Source: an uncultured delta proteobacterium
Lineage (GTDB): Bacteria; Desulfobacterota; Desulfobacteria; Desulfobacterales; Desulfatirhabdiaceae
Assembly: GCA_963789395.1 (NCBI GenBank)
Contig: CAWBKP010000013.1
Span: 186,495 to 250,494, forward strand
Reading direction: 5' to 3'
DNA: 64,000 bases
Of this stretch, positions 39,666-49,290 are shown one piece after another (the stretch's first letter is position 1; every line of letters begins with the position of its first letter). The notes under the pieces are model-generated. The model was not told the DNA's origin, did no database searches, and worked only from the letters and a program-made list of their open reading frames with translations. Both the position numbers and the translations under genes were made by a program.

Positions 39666-40637
39666 ATGAAACGATCGGTATGTATAGTGCAACTTTTTGC
39701 TTTGTTGATGGTTGGCTCCGCATCTCATTTTGCCGTGGCAGACGAACCGGCGATTCGTGTGGCCGTGCTGCAAAGTGATATTCACCAATTGGCTTTCTGG
39801 GTGGCATTGGAAAAAGGCTTCTATGCAAAGAACGGCGTTTCCGTCGAACTTGCGGGCGTATTCAAGGCAGGGCCGGAAATCATGACCGCATTTTCTGCCG
39901 GAGAGCTGGATATGGCCTATGTGGGGGAAGCTCCCGCAACGACCGCCGTTGCCAACAATGCCGCCAGCGTGGCAGTGGTGGCCCAGGTCAACACCGAAGG
40001 CTCGGCCCTGGTGATAGCAAAAGGGAACACCGCCATCAAAAGCCTGGCAGACTTAAAGGGTAAAATGGTGGCGATACCGGGACATTCCACGGTGCAGGAT
40101 TTTTTACTCCGAAAGGCGCTTGATAATGCGGGGATCGACCCTGCGTCTGTCAATATTATCGTGGTGAAGCCGCCTGAAATGATCAGTGCGCTTCGCACCG
40201 GCCAGATCGATGCGTTCATTGCCTGGGAACCCCATCCGTCCAAAGCAGCCACCATGGCTGTGGGACAAAACCTGGCAACATCAGCCGGCATGTGGCCGGG
40301 TCATCCGTGTTGCGTGCTGGTGACCGATACGGGCTTTCTTGCCAAACAGCCGAAAAAAGTTCGTGCTGTCGTGGCAGCCCATGTTCAGGCAACCGATTTC
40401 ATTCGTCACAATCCAGAGGCTGCAATTGCCATCGGTGTTAAATCAACGGGGATGGATGAGGCCACAGTGCGAAAGGCCATGCAAAACGTTCATTTTACCT
40501 ACGAATTGAACGTCGAGGGAGAAAAAGAATATGTCCGGTTTCTCTCGGAACTCGGCCTGATTCGGATCAAGAATACGGACGCATTTGTGGATCAATTTCT
40601 TCAGCCGGCAATTTTACGGGATATCCTGCATCAGTGA
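39666..40637 (+). CDS. ABC transporter substrate-binding protein (SsuA/TauA/NrtA type)
   Basis: Signal peptide; GELDMAYVG, DLKGKMVAIP, IDAFIAWEP, HPCC. Confidence 0.88.
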   Translation: MKRSVCIVQLFALLMVGSASHFAVADEPAIRVAVLQSDIHQLAFWVALEKGFYAKNGVSVELAGVFKAGPEIMTAFSAGELDMAYVGEAPATTAVANNAASVAVVAQVNTEGSALVIAKGNTAIKSLADLKGKMVAIPGHSTVQDFLLRKALDNAGIDPASVNIIVVKPPEMISALRTGQIDAFIAWEPHPSKAATMAVGQNLATSAGMWPGHPCCVLVTDTGFLAKQPKKVRAVVAAHVQATDFIRHNPEAAIAIGVKSTGMDEATVRKAMQNVHFTYELNVEGEKEYVRFLSELGLIRIKNTDAFVDQFLQPAILRDILHQ

Positions 40638-41389
40638 AAGGCAAGCGGATTATCCCGCCCATCGTGTTGTTGATTGTGTGGCAGCTTCTGTGCGCCACCG
40701 GCGTGATCCCGGCTTATAAACTGCCTTCTCCGATTCAGGTGGCGGAAGGGCTTGTGGATCTGATCGTCACGGGCATGCCTCCGGGGCATCTGCTGCATCT
40801 GCATATTTACTACAGTCTGCAACGCGTTCTCTTGGGCTATGTCCTGGCGTTGGTGGCTGCCGTTCCCTTGGGACTTCTCATGGGATGGTCCCCAACCGTT
40901 TGCACCATGATAGAGCCGTTGGTGGAAATCGTGCGCCCGATTCCGCCGCTGGCCTGGATTCCGCTTTCCATCCTCTGGCTCGGGATCGGCATCAACTCAG
41001 CTGCTTTTATTATCTTCCTTGGCGCCTTTTTCCCGATTCTCCTGAACACCATCAACGGGGTTCGCGCAATTGAACCGGTGTTGATCGAGGTTGCCAGTGT
41101 CCTCAATGCCGGCAGACGGTTTATCTTTCTTAAAATCCTCGTTCCCGGCGCCATGCCCTCCATATTGACCGGCATGCGTATCGGTATCGGCGTGGGGTGG
41201 ATGTCGCTGGTGGCGGCCGAGTTTACAGGCGTCAAGCAGGGCTTTGGTTTGGGCTATATGATCATGACGGCACGGGATATTCAACGTTCCGATGAGATCA
41301 TCGCGGGCATGCTCGTTATCGGCGCGGTCGGCCTTGGAATTGATGTCTGTCTGCAACTGGCCGAAAGATATCTGATCCGGTGGCGATAG
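40634..41389 (+). CDS. ABC transporter permease (SsuC/TauC type)
   Basis: SLQRVLLG, RPIPPLAWIP, EAA-like loop, LVAAE. Confidence 0.9.
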   Translation: MKGKRIIPPIVLLIVWQLLCATGVIPAYKLPSPIQVAEGLVDLIVTGMPPGHLLHLHIYYSLQRVLLGYVLALVAAVPLGLLMGWSPTVCTMIEPLVEIVRPIPPLAWIPLSILWLGIGINSAAFIIFLGAFFPILLNTINGVRAIEPVLIEVASVLNAGRRFIFLKILVPGAMPSILTGMRIGIGVGWMSLVAAEFTGVKQGFGLGYMIMTARDIQRSDEIIAGMLVIGAVGLGIDVCLQLAERYLIRWR

Positions 41390-41397
41390 GAAAGCGT

Positions 41398-42174
41398 ATG
41401 AACATTCGACTTGAAATATCGGATCTAAAAAAAGTTTACGCCGGCAATACGTCCAAAACGGACATCGACGTATTTGACGGGATGAGCTTCTCGATTCAGC
41501 AGGGGCAGATTTTCTCCATTGTCGGACCGAGCGGCTGCGGCAAGACCACGCTCCTGCGCCTGATTGCCGGGCTCGACGAAAAGACTTCAGGCGGAATTCT
41601 ACTGGACGGAAAACCCCTTATCGGATGTGACGCGCAGGTGGGGATGGTGTTTCAGGAGTACGCGTTGTTTCCCTGGCGAAAATTGGTGGAAAACATTGAA
41701 GTGGCTCTTGAAATCAAGGGCGTGGACGCCACGGTCCGCCGGGCCATGGCCATGCAGTATGTCCGGGATTTCGGCCTGGAAGGATTTGAAAATGCCTATC
41801 CCAAAGCGCTTTCCGGCGGCATGAAGCAGCGCGCGGCCATCGCGCGCACCCTGATCGCCAACCCGCAGGTGGTGCTGATGGATGAACCGTTCGGGTCGCT
41901 CGACAGTCAGACCCGGAACGTCATGCAGGAATTTCTCCTGAAAATCTGGGAAGAAAGAAAAGATACGATCCTGTTTGTCACCCACAATGTGGACGAGGCG
42001 GTATACATCGGCGACCGGGTTGCCGTTTTATCCCCGCGTCCCACAGGCATTTTGAAAATATTCGATGTCGATCTGGATCGGCCCAGAAACAGGACCGGAA
42101 AAAAACACAACCGAATCAGAAGCGAAATTCTTCACTTGCTCAATGCTTCGGCAACTGTCCGCCCGCCATCCTGA
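41398..42174 (+). CDS. ABC transporter ATP-binding protein (SsuB/TauB type)
   Basis: GPSGCGKT, LSGGMKQR, LMDEPF, FVTH. Confidence 0.92.
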   Translation: MNIRLEISDLKKVYAGNTSKTDIDVFDGMSFSIQQGQIFSIVGPSGCGKTTLLRLIAGLDEKTSGGILLDGKPLIGCDAQVGMVFQEYALFPWRKLVENIEVALEIKGVDATVRRAMAMQYVRDFGLEGFENAYPKALSGGMKQRAAIARTLIANPQVVLMDEPFGSLDSQTRNVMQEFLLKIWEERKDTILFVTHNVDEAVYIGDRVAVLSPRPTGILKIFDVDLDRPRNRTGKKHNRIRSEILHLLNASATVRPPS

Positions 42175-42182
42175 AGGCGCTG

Positions 42183-43610
42183 TTAGAAAGAAATCCCAAC
42201 TAGTTTGGTCTCCAAGTACTCCCGAATACCTTCCTTGCCGCCTTCGCGGCCGATGCCGCTTTCCTTCATGCCGCCAAATGGAGCTGCCGCTGCCGTAGGA
42301 TTGATGTCATTAATCCCCACGATACCGAATCGAAGACCTTCCAACATACGCATGGCCCTGCCAATCGCGTTAGTATACACATAGGAGGCCAAGCCGTAAT
42401 GCGTATCATTGGCCATTTTAAGTACGTCTTCCTCTGTATCGAAGGGAATCAGGGGCGCCACCGGGCCGAAGGTTTCCTCGCGATAGATGCGCATATCTGC
42501 AGTGACCCCGGACAGCACGGTCGGTGCATAGAAATACCCCCTGTTCAGACCGTTATCCGTCAGGCGTTTGCCGCCGCACATAATCGTTGCGCCTTTGGTC
42601 AGCGCATCGCGGACCTGGTCTTCCACTTTTCCAATCGCCTGCGCATTGACAAGCGGTCCGATGCGAACGCTTTCGTCCAGACCGTTGCCGGCTTTTAATG
42701 ACCGGGTCCGGGCCGTAAATTCCTCTGCGAAGGCATCGAAGATGCGCCGCTGCACGTAGATGCGATTCGGACAGATGCACGCCTGTCCGGTGTTTAGAAA
42801 TTTGACGAGTACAGCTCCCTTGGCGGCATGCCTTGGATCGGCATCGTCAAATACGACAAACGGCGCATGTCCGCCGAGTTCGAGGGAGAGCCGTTTGAGT
42901 TGATCCGCGGCACCTTTTGCCAATAATTTTCCGATGGCGGTGGAACCGGTAAAGCTCAGCTTTCGAACTGCGGGATTGGTGAGAAATTCTTCTCCAATGG
43001 GAGACGGCCGGCTGGCGGTGACGAGGTTCGCCACACCGGCTGGTATGCCGGCATCGGCCAGAACCTTAAAGACTTCAACGGCGCACAGCGGGGTGGCTTC
43101 TGCCGGTTTTAGCACGATCGTACATCCTGCGGCCAGTGCGGGGGCAACTTTTCGTGTGACCATGGACACCGGATAGTTCCACGGCGTGACAGCGCCGACA
43201 ACGCCCACGGGGTGATGTACTACCATAAAACGCTGGTCAGGGCGGGGTGCGGGAATGGTTTCGCCATACACCCGTTTGGCTTCTTCGGCAAACCATAGAA
43301 GAAAATCGGCACCGTATTGTACTTCCGCCAGCGCGGCCCTGAACGGTTTGCCCTGTTCCGCAGTCAGGTGTTCGGCAAGGTGTTTTTTTCGCGCTGTCAT
43401 CAGTTCGTAGGCCTTGTAAAGAAATGCCGATCGCTGGTAGGCAGTCAAGCCCGACCAGCCGGAAAAGGCATTTTCCGCCGCCGCAACAGCACGCCTGGCA
43501 TCTTTTTGGTTTCCGTCAGGCACATCACCTAACTTATCTCCGGTGGCGGGGTTAACAACATCAAATCGAGCACCGCTATCGGCCTCGCACCATTCGCCAT
43601 TGATATACAT
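42183..43610 (-). CDS. gabD: NAD(P)-dependent succinate-semialdehyde dehydrogenase family
   Basis: EEAKRVYGETIP, TPWNYP, FTGST, LELGGHAP, TGQACIC, EETFGP, PFGGMKESG. Confidence 0.85.
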   Translation of the reverse strand: MYINGEWCEADSGARFDVVNPATGDKLGDVPDGNQKDARRAVAAAENAFSGWSGLTAYQRSAFLYKAYELMTARKKHLAEHLTAEQGKPFRAALAEVQYGADFLLWFAEEAKRVYGETIPAPRPDQRFMVVHHPVGVVGAVTPWNYPVSMVTRKVAPALAAGCTIVLKPAEATPLCAVEVFKVLADAGIPAGVANLVTASRPSPIGEEFLTNPAVRKLSFTGSTAIGKLLAKGAADQLKRLSLELGGHAPFVVFDDADPRHAAKGAVLVKFLNTGQACICPNRIYVQRRIFDAFAEEFTARTRSLKAGNGLDESVRIGPLVNAQAIGKVEDQVRDALTKGATIMCGGKRLTDNGLNRGYFYAPTVLSGVTADMRIYREETFGPVAPLIPFDTEEDVLKMANDTHYGLASYVYTNAIGRAMRMLEGLRFGIVGINDINPTAAAAPFGGMKESGIGREGGKEGIREYLETKLVGISF

Positions 43611-44537
43611 CAGAAAAAACCCCCTTTTTTCAAAAATATGTACGCTGCAGTAGTAAATATAATCATCTGAATTGTGAGAATACTAAAATGATTCTATATG
43701 CACTCGAATCGCCCATTGCGAGTTTATAGGCAATACACATCGTTCTTGTCAATCTGTCATTTCGGATGAACGAAATTACTTGTAAATTCCAGCCTTGAAG
43801 CCACATCGGTTTTGTAATTGCTTTTGAGTGACCTGGATTAATTGGCGAGATCTGCAAGTCCGCGGCAGTTAAATCCAGCCCATAGTCGATCGAATGCAAC
43901 GCCTTTTCTGGACTGAATGCTGATAAAAAGAGTCAGGAGTCATCAGTCAAAATTCACGAAATCTCAACGAAAGAGGCACTCGAAACCGAAGAGATGCAAT
44001 TGTTGCGGGGCAACCCAGTTTATCGAAAAAATAGAATCCAGATTTTCGACAGGCGTAAAGCACCATAATTGCGGATTATAATAAAGCGCCCAGGATTATA
44101 AAATTCATTGATATGCACCCGCGAATTTTCTAAGGCTTCCGTACAAAGTCTGCCGATCTGCGCTGAGGGGTCCAATTCCAGAAATCATCCGCAGGTTTAA
44201 TTGAAATGCGTTATATTCCCATCGGGACCAGTGACAAGCACCCGTTATGCATGCGGTCCAGGGTGAGTTCAAACATCTCCAATTTTTGTTTTGGAATATT
44301 TGCCTGATTTGTTGAATTACCCCCGCAAACAGCCAAACCGCTGTAAACAGAAACATTCGATGTATTCACACTCCCCCACAGTGTATGCATGTTGATTGAT
44401 ACATGCTTATCAATAATACGAAATTGCCTTATCCTTGCCAGAAACGGTCTATCCGATACCGATTAAGACATCTTTACATTCATCAATATTCTTTAACAAA
44501 ATGTTTTAAATAAATGATTTATTGAATCATGATGACA

Positions 44538-44597
44538 ATTTGTTGCGACAATTTCATTACCGATTTTTTTCTAAACGATGAAACTATCGCCACAATT
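44538..44597. promoter_or_regulatory. 20-bp imperfect inverted repeat (16/20) upstream of the SDR gene; possible regulator site
   Basis: ATTTGTTGCGACAATTTCAT ... ATGAAACTATCGCCACAATT. Confidence 0.4.
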
Positions 44598-44683
44598 CAT
44601 TGACATCGTTGCATTATTGGCATAAAAAATTACAATCCGTCAAAGAAATTGAAAATTAACCAGTAACTGAAGGAGATTTTACT

Positions 44684-45556
44684 GTGGCTATCGACATTTC
44701 TGAACCCGTCATTTCACGAGAACAGATTCTGATTCTTTCGGATCCCAGTTTCAATCGCGCCAATGTCTGCATCGTAACAGGCGCTGCCAGTGGAATAGGT
44801 CGCGCCACAGCCATTGCGGCTGCGGCCAACCAGATTTTTACCGTCGGACTGGATGTAGACGAAAAAGGCGGACATGAAACCGAAAAGATCGCCCGAGACA
44901 TGGGCGGTAATATGGTTTTTGTCCGAACCGATCTTACCAAAGATGAAGAGATCATCCGGGCGGTGGGCGAGGCAGCCAAGCTGGGGCAGATTAAATATCT
45001 GGCCAACATTGCCGGGATTCAACACATTGACCCCATTGACAAATTTCCCATGGATCGGTTTGATTTCATGCATCGCCTCATGCTGAGGGCCCCGTTTTTC
45101 TTGTCGCAGTTGACCATCCCCCATATGAAAACAAGCTCCGATGGCTGTGGCGTCATTGCCAACATGGCCTCTGTCCATGCACATATCTGCACCCTGAATA
45201 AGCCTGCCTACAATATCAATAAATTCGGTCTGCGGGGCTTGACCCAGTCCATTGCCGCAGAGGGTAAGGGGAAAATTCGTGCCTTTACCGTCAGTACGGG
45301 GTTTGTGAAAACCGCCCTGGCGCTCAAGCAGATACCTGCCCAGGCCCAGCAACGGGGAATCACCCCTGATGCGGTTGTCCGGGATGTGATGATGGGGTTT
45401 TCAAGGATCAAAGAGATGATGTCGCCGATCGAAGTGGCCAATCTCATTGTTTTTGGTTTTTCCTCCCATGCCAAGTACCTGGTAGGCGGAGACATGCTGT
45501 TTGACGGCGGCATGGTGCTCACGTATGCCGAGGACCGGAGAGAAGTTCAACCGTAA
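44684..45556 (+). CDS. SDR oxidoreductase, D-3-hydroxybutyrate dehydrogenase-like
   Basis: TGAASGIG, AGIQHIDPIDKFP, ASVH, YNINK, KQIP. Confidence 0.85.
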   Translation: MAIDISEPVISREQILILSDPSFNRANVCIVTGAASGIGRATAIAAAANQIFTVGLDVDEKGGHETEKIARDMGGNMVFVRTDLTKDEEIIRAVGEAAKLGQIKYLANIAGIQHIDPIDKFPMDRFDFMHRLMLRAPFFLSQLTIPHMKTSSDGCGVIANMASVHAHICTLNKPAYNINKFGLRGLTQSIAAEGKGKIRAFTVSTGFVKTALALKQIPAQAQQRGITPDAVVRDVMMGFSRIKEMMSPIEVANLIVFGFSSHAKYLVGGDMLFDGGMVLTYAEDRREVQP

Positions 45557-45584
45557 GAATATTTTGGGAAAAGGGGGACGGATT

Positions 45585-46395
45585 GTGCCTCGGGTTATTG
45601 TTGGAGACCAGGTTATCTACTATGAAATAGCTGGGAGCGGTTTTCCCCTGGTCCTGATTCGCGGTCTGGGCAGTTCAGCAGCCCATTGGTATGATCAACT
45701 CCCCGTATTCGCAGGTCATTTTTCCGTGGTTGCCTTTGACCATCGCGGTATCGGTCGTTCCCCACAGACAACTGGCTTTCGGTTGCTCTATCGGGAGCAT
45801 GGCAGCCGATACCATAGGGTTGATGGATGTACTTGGTATTTGCCGGGCACATGTTCTGGGAGTGAGCATGGGGGGGATGATCGCTCAAGAACTTGCGATC
45901 AACTATCCCGAACGAATTTTGGGGCTGGTGCTCGCTTCCACCCATTGCGGCGGACGCCTATCTGTCCGGCCCGATCTATGGGTACTCGAGCGCATGCAGC
46001 AGTGGATTGTCACTGGAAAGTCCCAGGACTTCGAGATGGCCTTGACGTGTCTTTTCACCTGCGAGACCCGGCAAGACCATCCGGATATCATTGCAAGGTT
46101 TCGTGAAACAACGCATCAGTTCAGACCTGTCGGGAACACATTGAAACTGCAATGGCAGGCAGTCATCGCTCATAATGCAGGGGAAAGACTCGCGCAGATC
46201 AAAACCCCCACACTTGTAATCACCGGCAGTAAAGATATTCTGATTCCGCCTGGAAACGCAGATATTTTGAAGAGACTCATCCCCAATGCTCGGAAGAGGA
46301 TCATCGAGGGTGGCGGCCATGTTGTTCACATGGAGCAGCCGGAAACCTTCAATGCGGAGGTGCTGGACTTTCTATGCCACATTCCAACGGTCTGA
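45585..46395 (+). CDS. Alpha/beta hydrolase (enol-lactonase-like), 1-nt frameshift near 45760-45780
   Basis: LIRGLG, FDHRGIGRS in one frame; GVSMGG, GSKDILIP, GGHVVHMEQP in the next. Confidence 0.8.
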
Positions 46396-46432
46396 TCTAT
46401 ATCCTTTGGAAAATGTCTTTTCGGAACTTGTT

Positions 46433-46492
46433 TTTCCCAGAAACGTAGCGGGTAAAACATTGAAGCGTGATTTGCGGAAAATGTTCGGGCAA
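46433..46492 (+). pseudogene. Fossil C-terminus of an AMP-dependent acyl-CoA synthetase
   Basis: FPRNVAGKTLKRDLRKMFGQ matches the PRNxxGKxLKRxLR terminal motif; rest of the gene absent. Confidence 0.55.
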
Positions 46493-46523
46493 AATTCTGC
46501 CCAAGATCATCCGGCCGGTTCAG

Positions 46524-47130
46524 TGAAATCGGTCGTCAATAATGTACACCAGGTTGAGCGGAAAATTGTTCCGGTTCATAAAATCGACGTTCAAAGATTG
46601 CTGGTGAAAGATCGCCAATTTTTTCTTGTCGTCTTTGGCGGTTATAAAAAAGCGCCATGTATTCAGTGATATCTTGAGTAGCCTCTTGCCGAGTCGCGTA
46701 TTTTCGTTGAAAAACGAGCTCTGTTTTAAGCGTTCCCCAAAACCTTTCCACGGGAGCATTGTCAAAGCAGTTGCCTTTTCCACTCATGGAAGCCCGCATT
46801 TTGAATTGGTCAAGCAGTCTTTTATGCATTCATGGGCGCAGTTCTGGCTCCCACGACCCGAGTGGTCTACAAGACCGGCCTCCAGACGTGCTTCCTCAAG
46901 AGCTCGACGCGACGACAGACGACTTCGCGAGGCATGATAGCCACTTGCAGAAACCCCAAGAAGTCGGCAGAGAAACCGAATCGGACATCTGGATCGCAAG
47001 CACGCCATCATCGCGTACCGTGCAGCGACTCCTTTGCAAAGTACGCGGCCGCTTTTTATTAATATGGCACGTTCCTTCCCGGTGCTGGCAACCTCCCGCT
47101 TGACCTTTGCCAGTTCCGCTTCAACCTCTT
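46524..47130 (-). mobile_element. IS3-family insertion sequence remnant (orfA tail, orfB N- and C-termini, one terminal repeat; integrase core deleted)
   Basis: LCRLLGVSASGYH; SMSGKGNCFDNAPVERFWGTLKTE...YNRQRR; orfA-like AAAYFAKESLHGTR; end TGAAATCGGTCGTCAATAATGTACACC at 46524. Confidence 0.85.
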
Positions 47131-47287
47131 ACCTCACAGGATAAGCGCCGCAGGGAAATTAACCCCGAAAAATACCTCCTGAAAAATGATGCCGATCATT
47201 TTTTAATCAATTGAAGGATTTTTTCATTACCGGTCAAACCCGCACGGATGTCATGGATGTCACTCGGCTGCTTGTCTATAGATGAAA

Positions 47288-47304
47288 AATTGGTAATACC
47301 AAAT
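47288..47304. promoter_or_regulatory. LldR/PdhR-type operator AATTGGTAATACCAAAT
   Basis: Matches AATTGGTnnnACCAATT upstream of the lactate permease. Confidence 0.75.
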
Positions 47305-47440
47305 CAATTTCTTATAATTTAAGCGCATGTTGCCCCCCTCCCTTCTTAACGCTGCCTGTAATAATAAAATCATAGTATTGTATATATAAACTATATATAT
47401 CAATTAGTATAAGTATTTTACAGGGCATCTTAAAAAAGTA

Positions 47441-47494
47441 TTGACAAGGCTTGCGAATATAATTATAGGTGTTTTAAAAATGGTATGACCAATT
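47441..47494 (+). promoter_or_regulatory. Putative sigma70 promoter (TTGACA-N17-TATAGG) followed by second LldR/PdhR-type box AAATGGTATGACCAATT (47478-47494)
   Basis: Direct sequence match; box lies downstream of the promoter, a repressor position. Confidence 0.65.
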
Positions 47495-47529
47495 TTAAAT
47501 AAAACCATTCAAGTCAACAGGAGGGTAAC

Positions 47530-49290
47530 ATGACGTGGACAATGGCAACCAATCCGTTAAATAACATCTGGCTATCGGCGCTGGCGGCGGCAATTCCCAT
47601 TTTTTATCTGTTCTGGGCATTGGCCTTCAAGCGAATGAAGGGACACTGGGCAGCTTTGAGCGCTGTTGCAATCGCAGTCGGCATTGCCGCCGTGATATAT
47701 GGGATGCCCCTGAAACTGGCGCTGCTTTCCACGGTGGACGGCATGTTGTTCGGCCTGTGGCCGGTGGCGTGGATCGTTGTAACGGCAGTCTTTATCTATA
47801 ACCTCTCCGTCAAAACCGGCCAGTTCGAAGTGATCAAGAATTCCCTGGCGTCCATTTCAGACGACCGTCGTCTTCAGGCGCTGCTCATCGCATTTTCGTT
47901 CGGCTCTTTTCTGGAAGGGGCCGCGGGTTTCGGTACACCGGTAGCCATTTCCGCGGCCATGCTCGTGGGACTGGGATTTAATCCCCTTTACGCCGCAGGA
48001 ATTTGTCTGCTTGCCAATACCGCGCCGGTGGCTTTCGGGGCGATCGGCATTCCGATTGTTGTGGGATCTCAGGTTTCGGGCGTGGATCTGATGGCCTTGA
48101 GTCAGATGGTCGGCAGGACCCTCCCGTTTATAAGCGTTTTGATTCCGCTTTATCTCGTGATGCTGATGAGCGGCTGGAAAAACGGGATGGAAGTCTGGCC
48201 GGCAGCCATTGTCTGCGGCGGGTCCTTTGCGCTGACCCAGTGGTGGAGCTCCAACTACCTGGGGCCGATGCTTCCGGACATTCTGTCATCCATTGTCTCG
48301 ATCGTGTGTCTGGTGGTATTTTTAAGAAAATGGCATCCCAAAAACACGTGGCGTTTTCCGGAAGAAGCCCCCAGCCTGGGAAAAGAAAAACTGAAATTTA
48401 CCGGCGGACAGATATTCAGGGCCTGGGCGCCGTTTATTATCCTGTCCATTTTCGTGGCGGCCTGGGGCGTCAAGTCCATTAAAGAAGCACTTGATTATTT
48501 CACGCTCTATAAATTCGAGATATCCGGGCTTCACAACATGATCATTCGCGGCGATAAACCCATGGCGGCCATCTACGGCTTTAATCTGCTGAGCGCGGCC
48601 GGTACGGCCATTCTGCTGGCCGGGCTGTTTTCCATCCCGGTTATGGGCGCATCCCTTTCCACATCCGGGCAGGTTGCGGCGCAGACCCTGAAAAACCTTC
48701 GATGGCCGGTTGCAACGATTTCCCTGATTCTGGGATTTGCCTACATCATGAATTTTTCCGGAATGGCCACGACGCTCGGAAATGCCTTTGCCTCAACCGG
48801 GAAATTTTTTCCGTTTTTTTCGCCGTTCCTCGGATGGCTGGGCGTATTTATGACCGGCTCCGACACGTCAACCAACGCCCTGTTCGGAAAGCTTCAGGAA
48901 GTGACCGCCAACAAAATCGGCGTCGATCCGGTGATTCTGGTTTCGGCCAACAGCTGCGGCGGTGTCTGCGGCAAAATGATTTCTCCGCAGTCTCTGGCTG
49001 TCGCATCCGCGGCGGTGGGACTCGCCGGTCAGGAATCGGATATTTTCCGGTTTACGCTGAAACATTCCTTGATTTTAACCGGCGTCATCGCCATTATGAC
49101 GGTATTGCAGGCGTATGTCTTTACCTGGATCGTGCCGACTTACGCTAAAACGGTAATTGCCACGGTCGGAAAAGCGGCTGCCGCCGCTGCCGCCGCTTAT
49201 CCATCGCAGGGGCTCATTTATCTGGGGGGGACGCTGGCGGTTGTCATGCTGGTAACGATTTCATCCCGTGTAATGGGCGCTGAAAAATAG
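47530..49290 (+). CDS. lldP: L-lactate permease
   Basis: DRRLQALLIAFSFGSFLEGAAGFGTP, ANTAPVAFGAIG, TGSDTSTNALFG, GKMISPQS. Confidence 0.93.
   Translation: MTWTMATNPLNNIWLSALAAAIPIFYLFWALAFKRMKGHWAALSAVAIAVGIAAVIYGMPLKLALLSTVDGMLFGLWPVAWIVVTAVFIYNLSVKTGQFEVIKNSLASISDDRRLQALLIAFSFGSFLEGAAGFGTPVAISAAMLVGLGFNPLYAAGICLLANTAPVAFGAIGIPIVVGSQVSGVDLMALSQMVGRTLPFISVLIPLYLVMLMSGWKNGMEVWPAAIVCGGSFALTQWWSSNYLGPMLPDILSSIVSIVCLVVFLRKWHPKNTWRFPEEAPSLGKEKLKFTGGQIFRAWAPFIILSIFVAAWGVKSIKEALDYFTLYKFEISGLHNMIIRGDKPMAAIYGFNLLSAAGTAILLAGLFSIPVMGASLSTSGQVAAQTLKNLRWPVATISLILGFAYIMNFSGMATTLGNAFASTGKFFPFFSPFLGWLGVFMTGSDTSTNALFGKLQEVTANKIGVDPVILVSANSCGGVCGKMISPQSLAVASAAVGLAGQESDIFRFTLKHSLILTGVIAIMTVLQAYVFTWIVPTYAKTVIATVGKAAAAAAAAYPSQGLIYLGGTLAVVMLVTISSRVMGAEK

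Noticed and set aside
43663..44500. Short ORFs in the 1-kb gap between gabD and the SDR gene
   Set aside because: No RBS, motif or family resemblance; may be decayed DNA
44618..44635. Possible sigma54 promoter TGGCATAAAAAATTAC
   Set aside because: No GC ten bases after GG
36441..44671. GTAACTGAA at 36441, 36531 and 44663
   Set aside because: Short, inconsistent position relative to genes, and only one copy is palindromic
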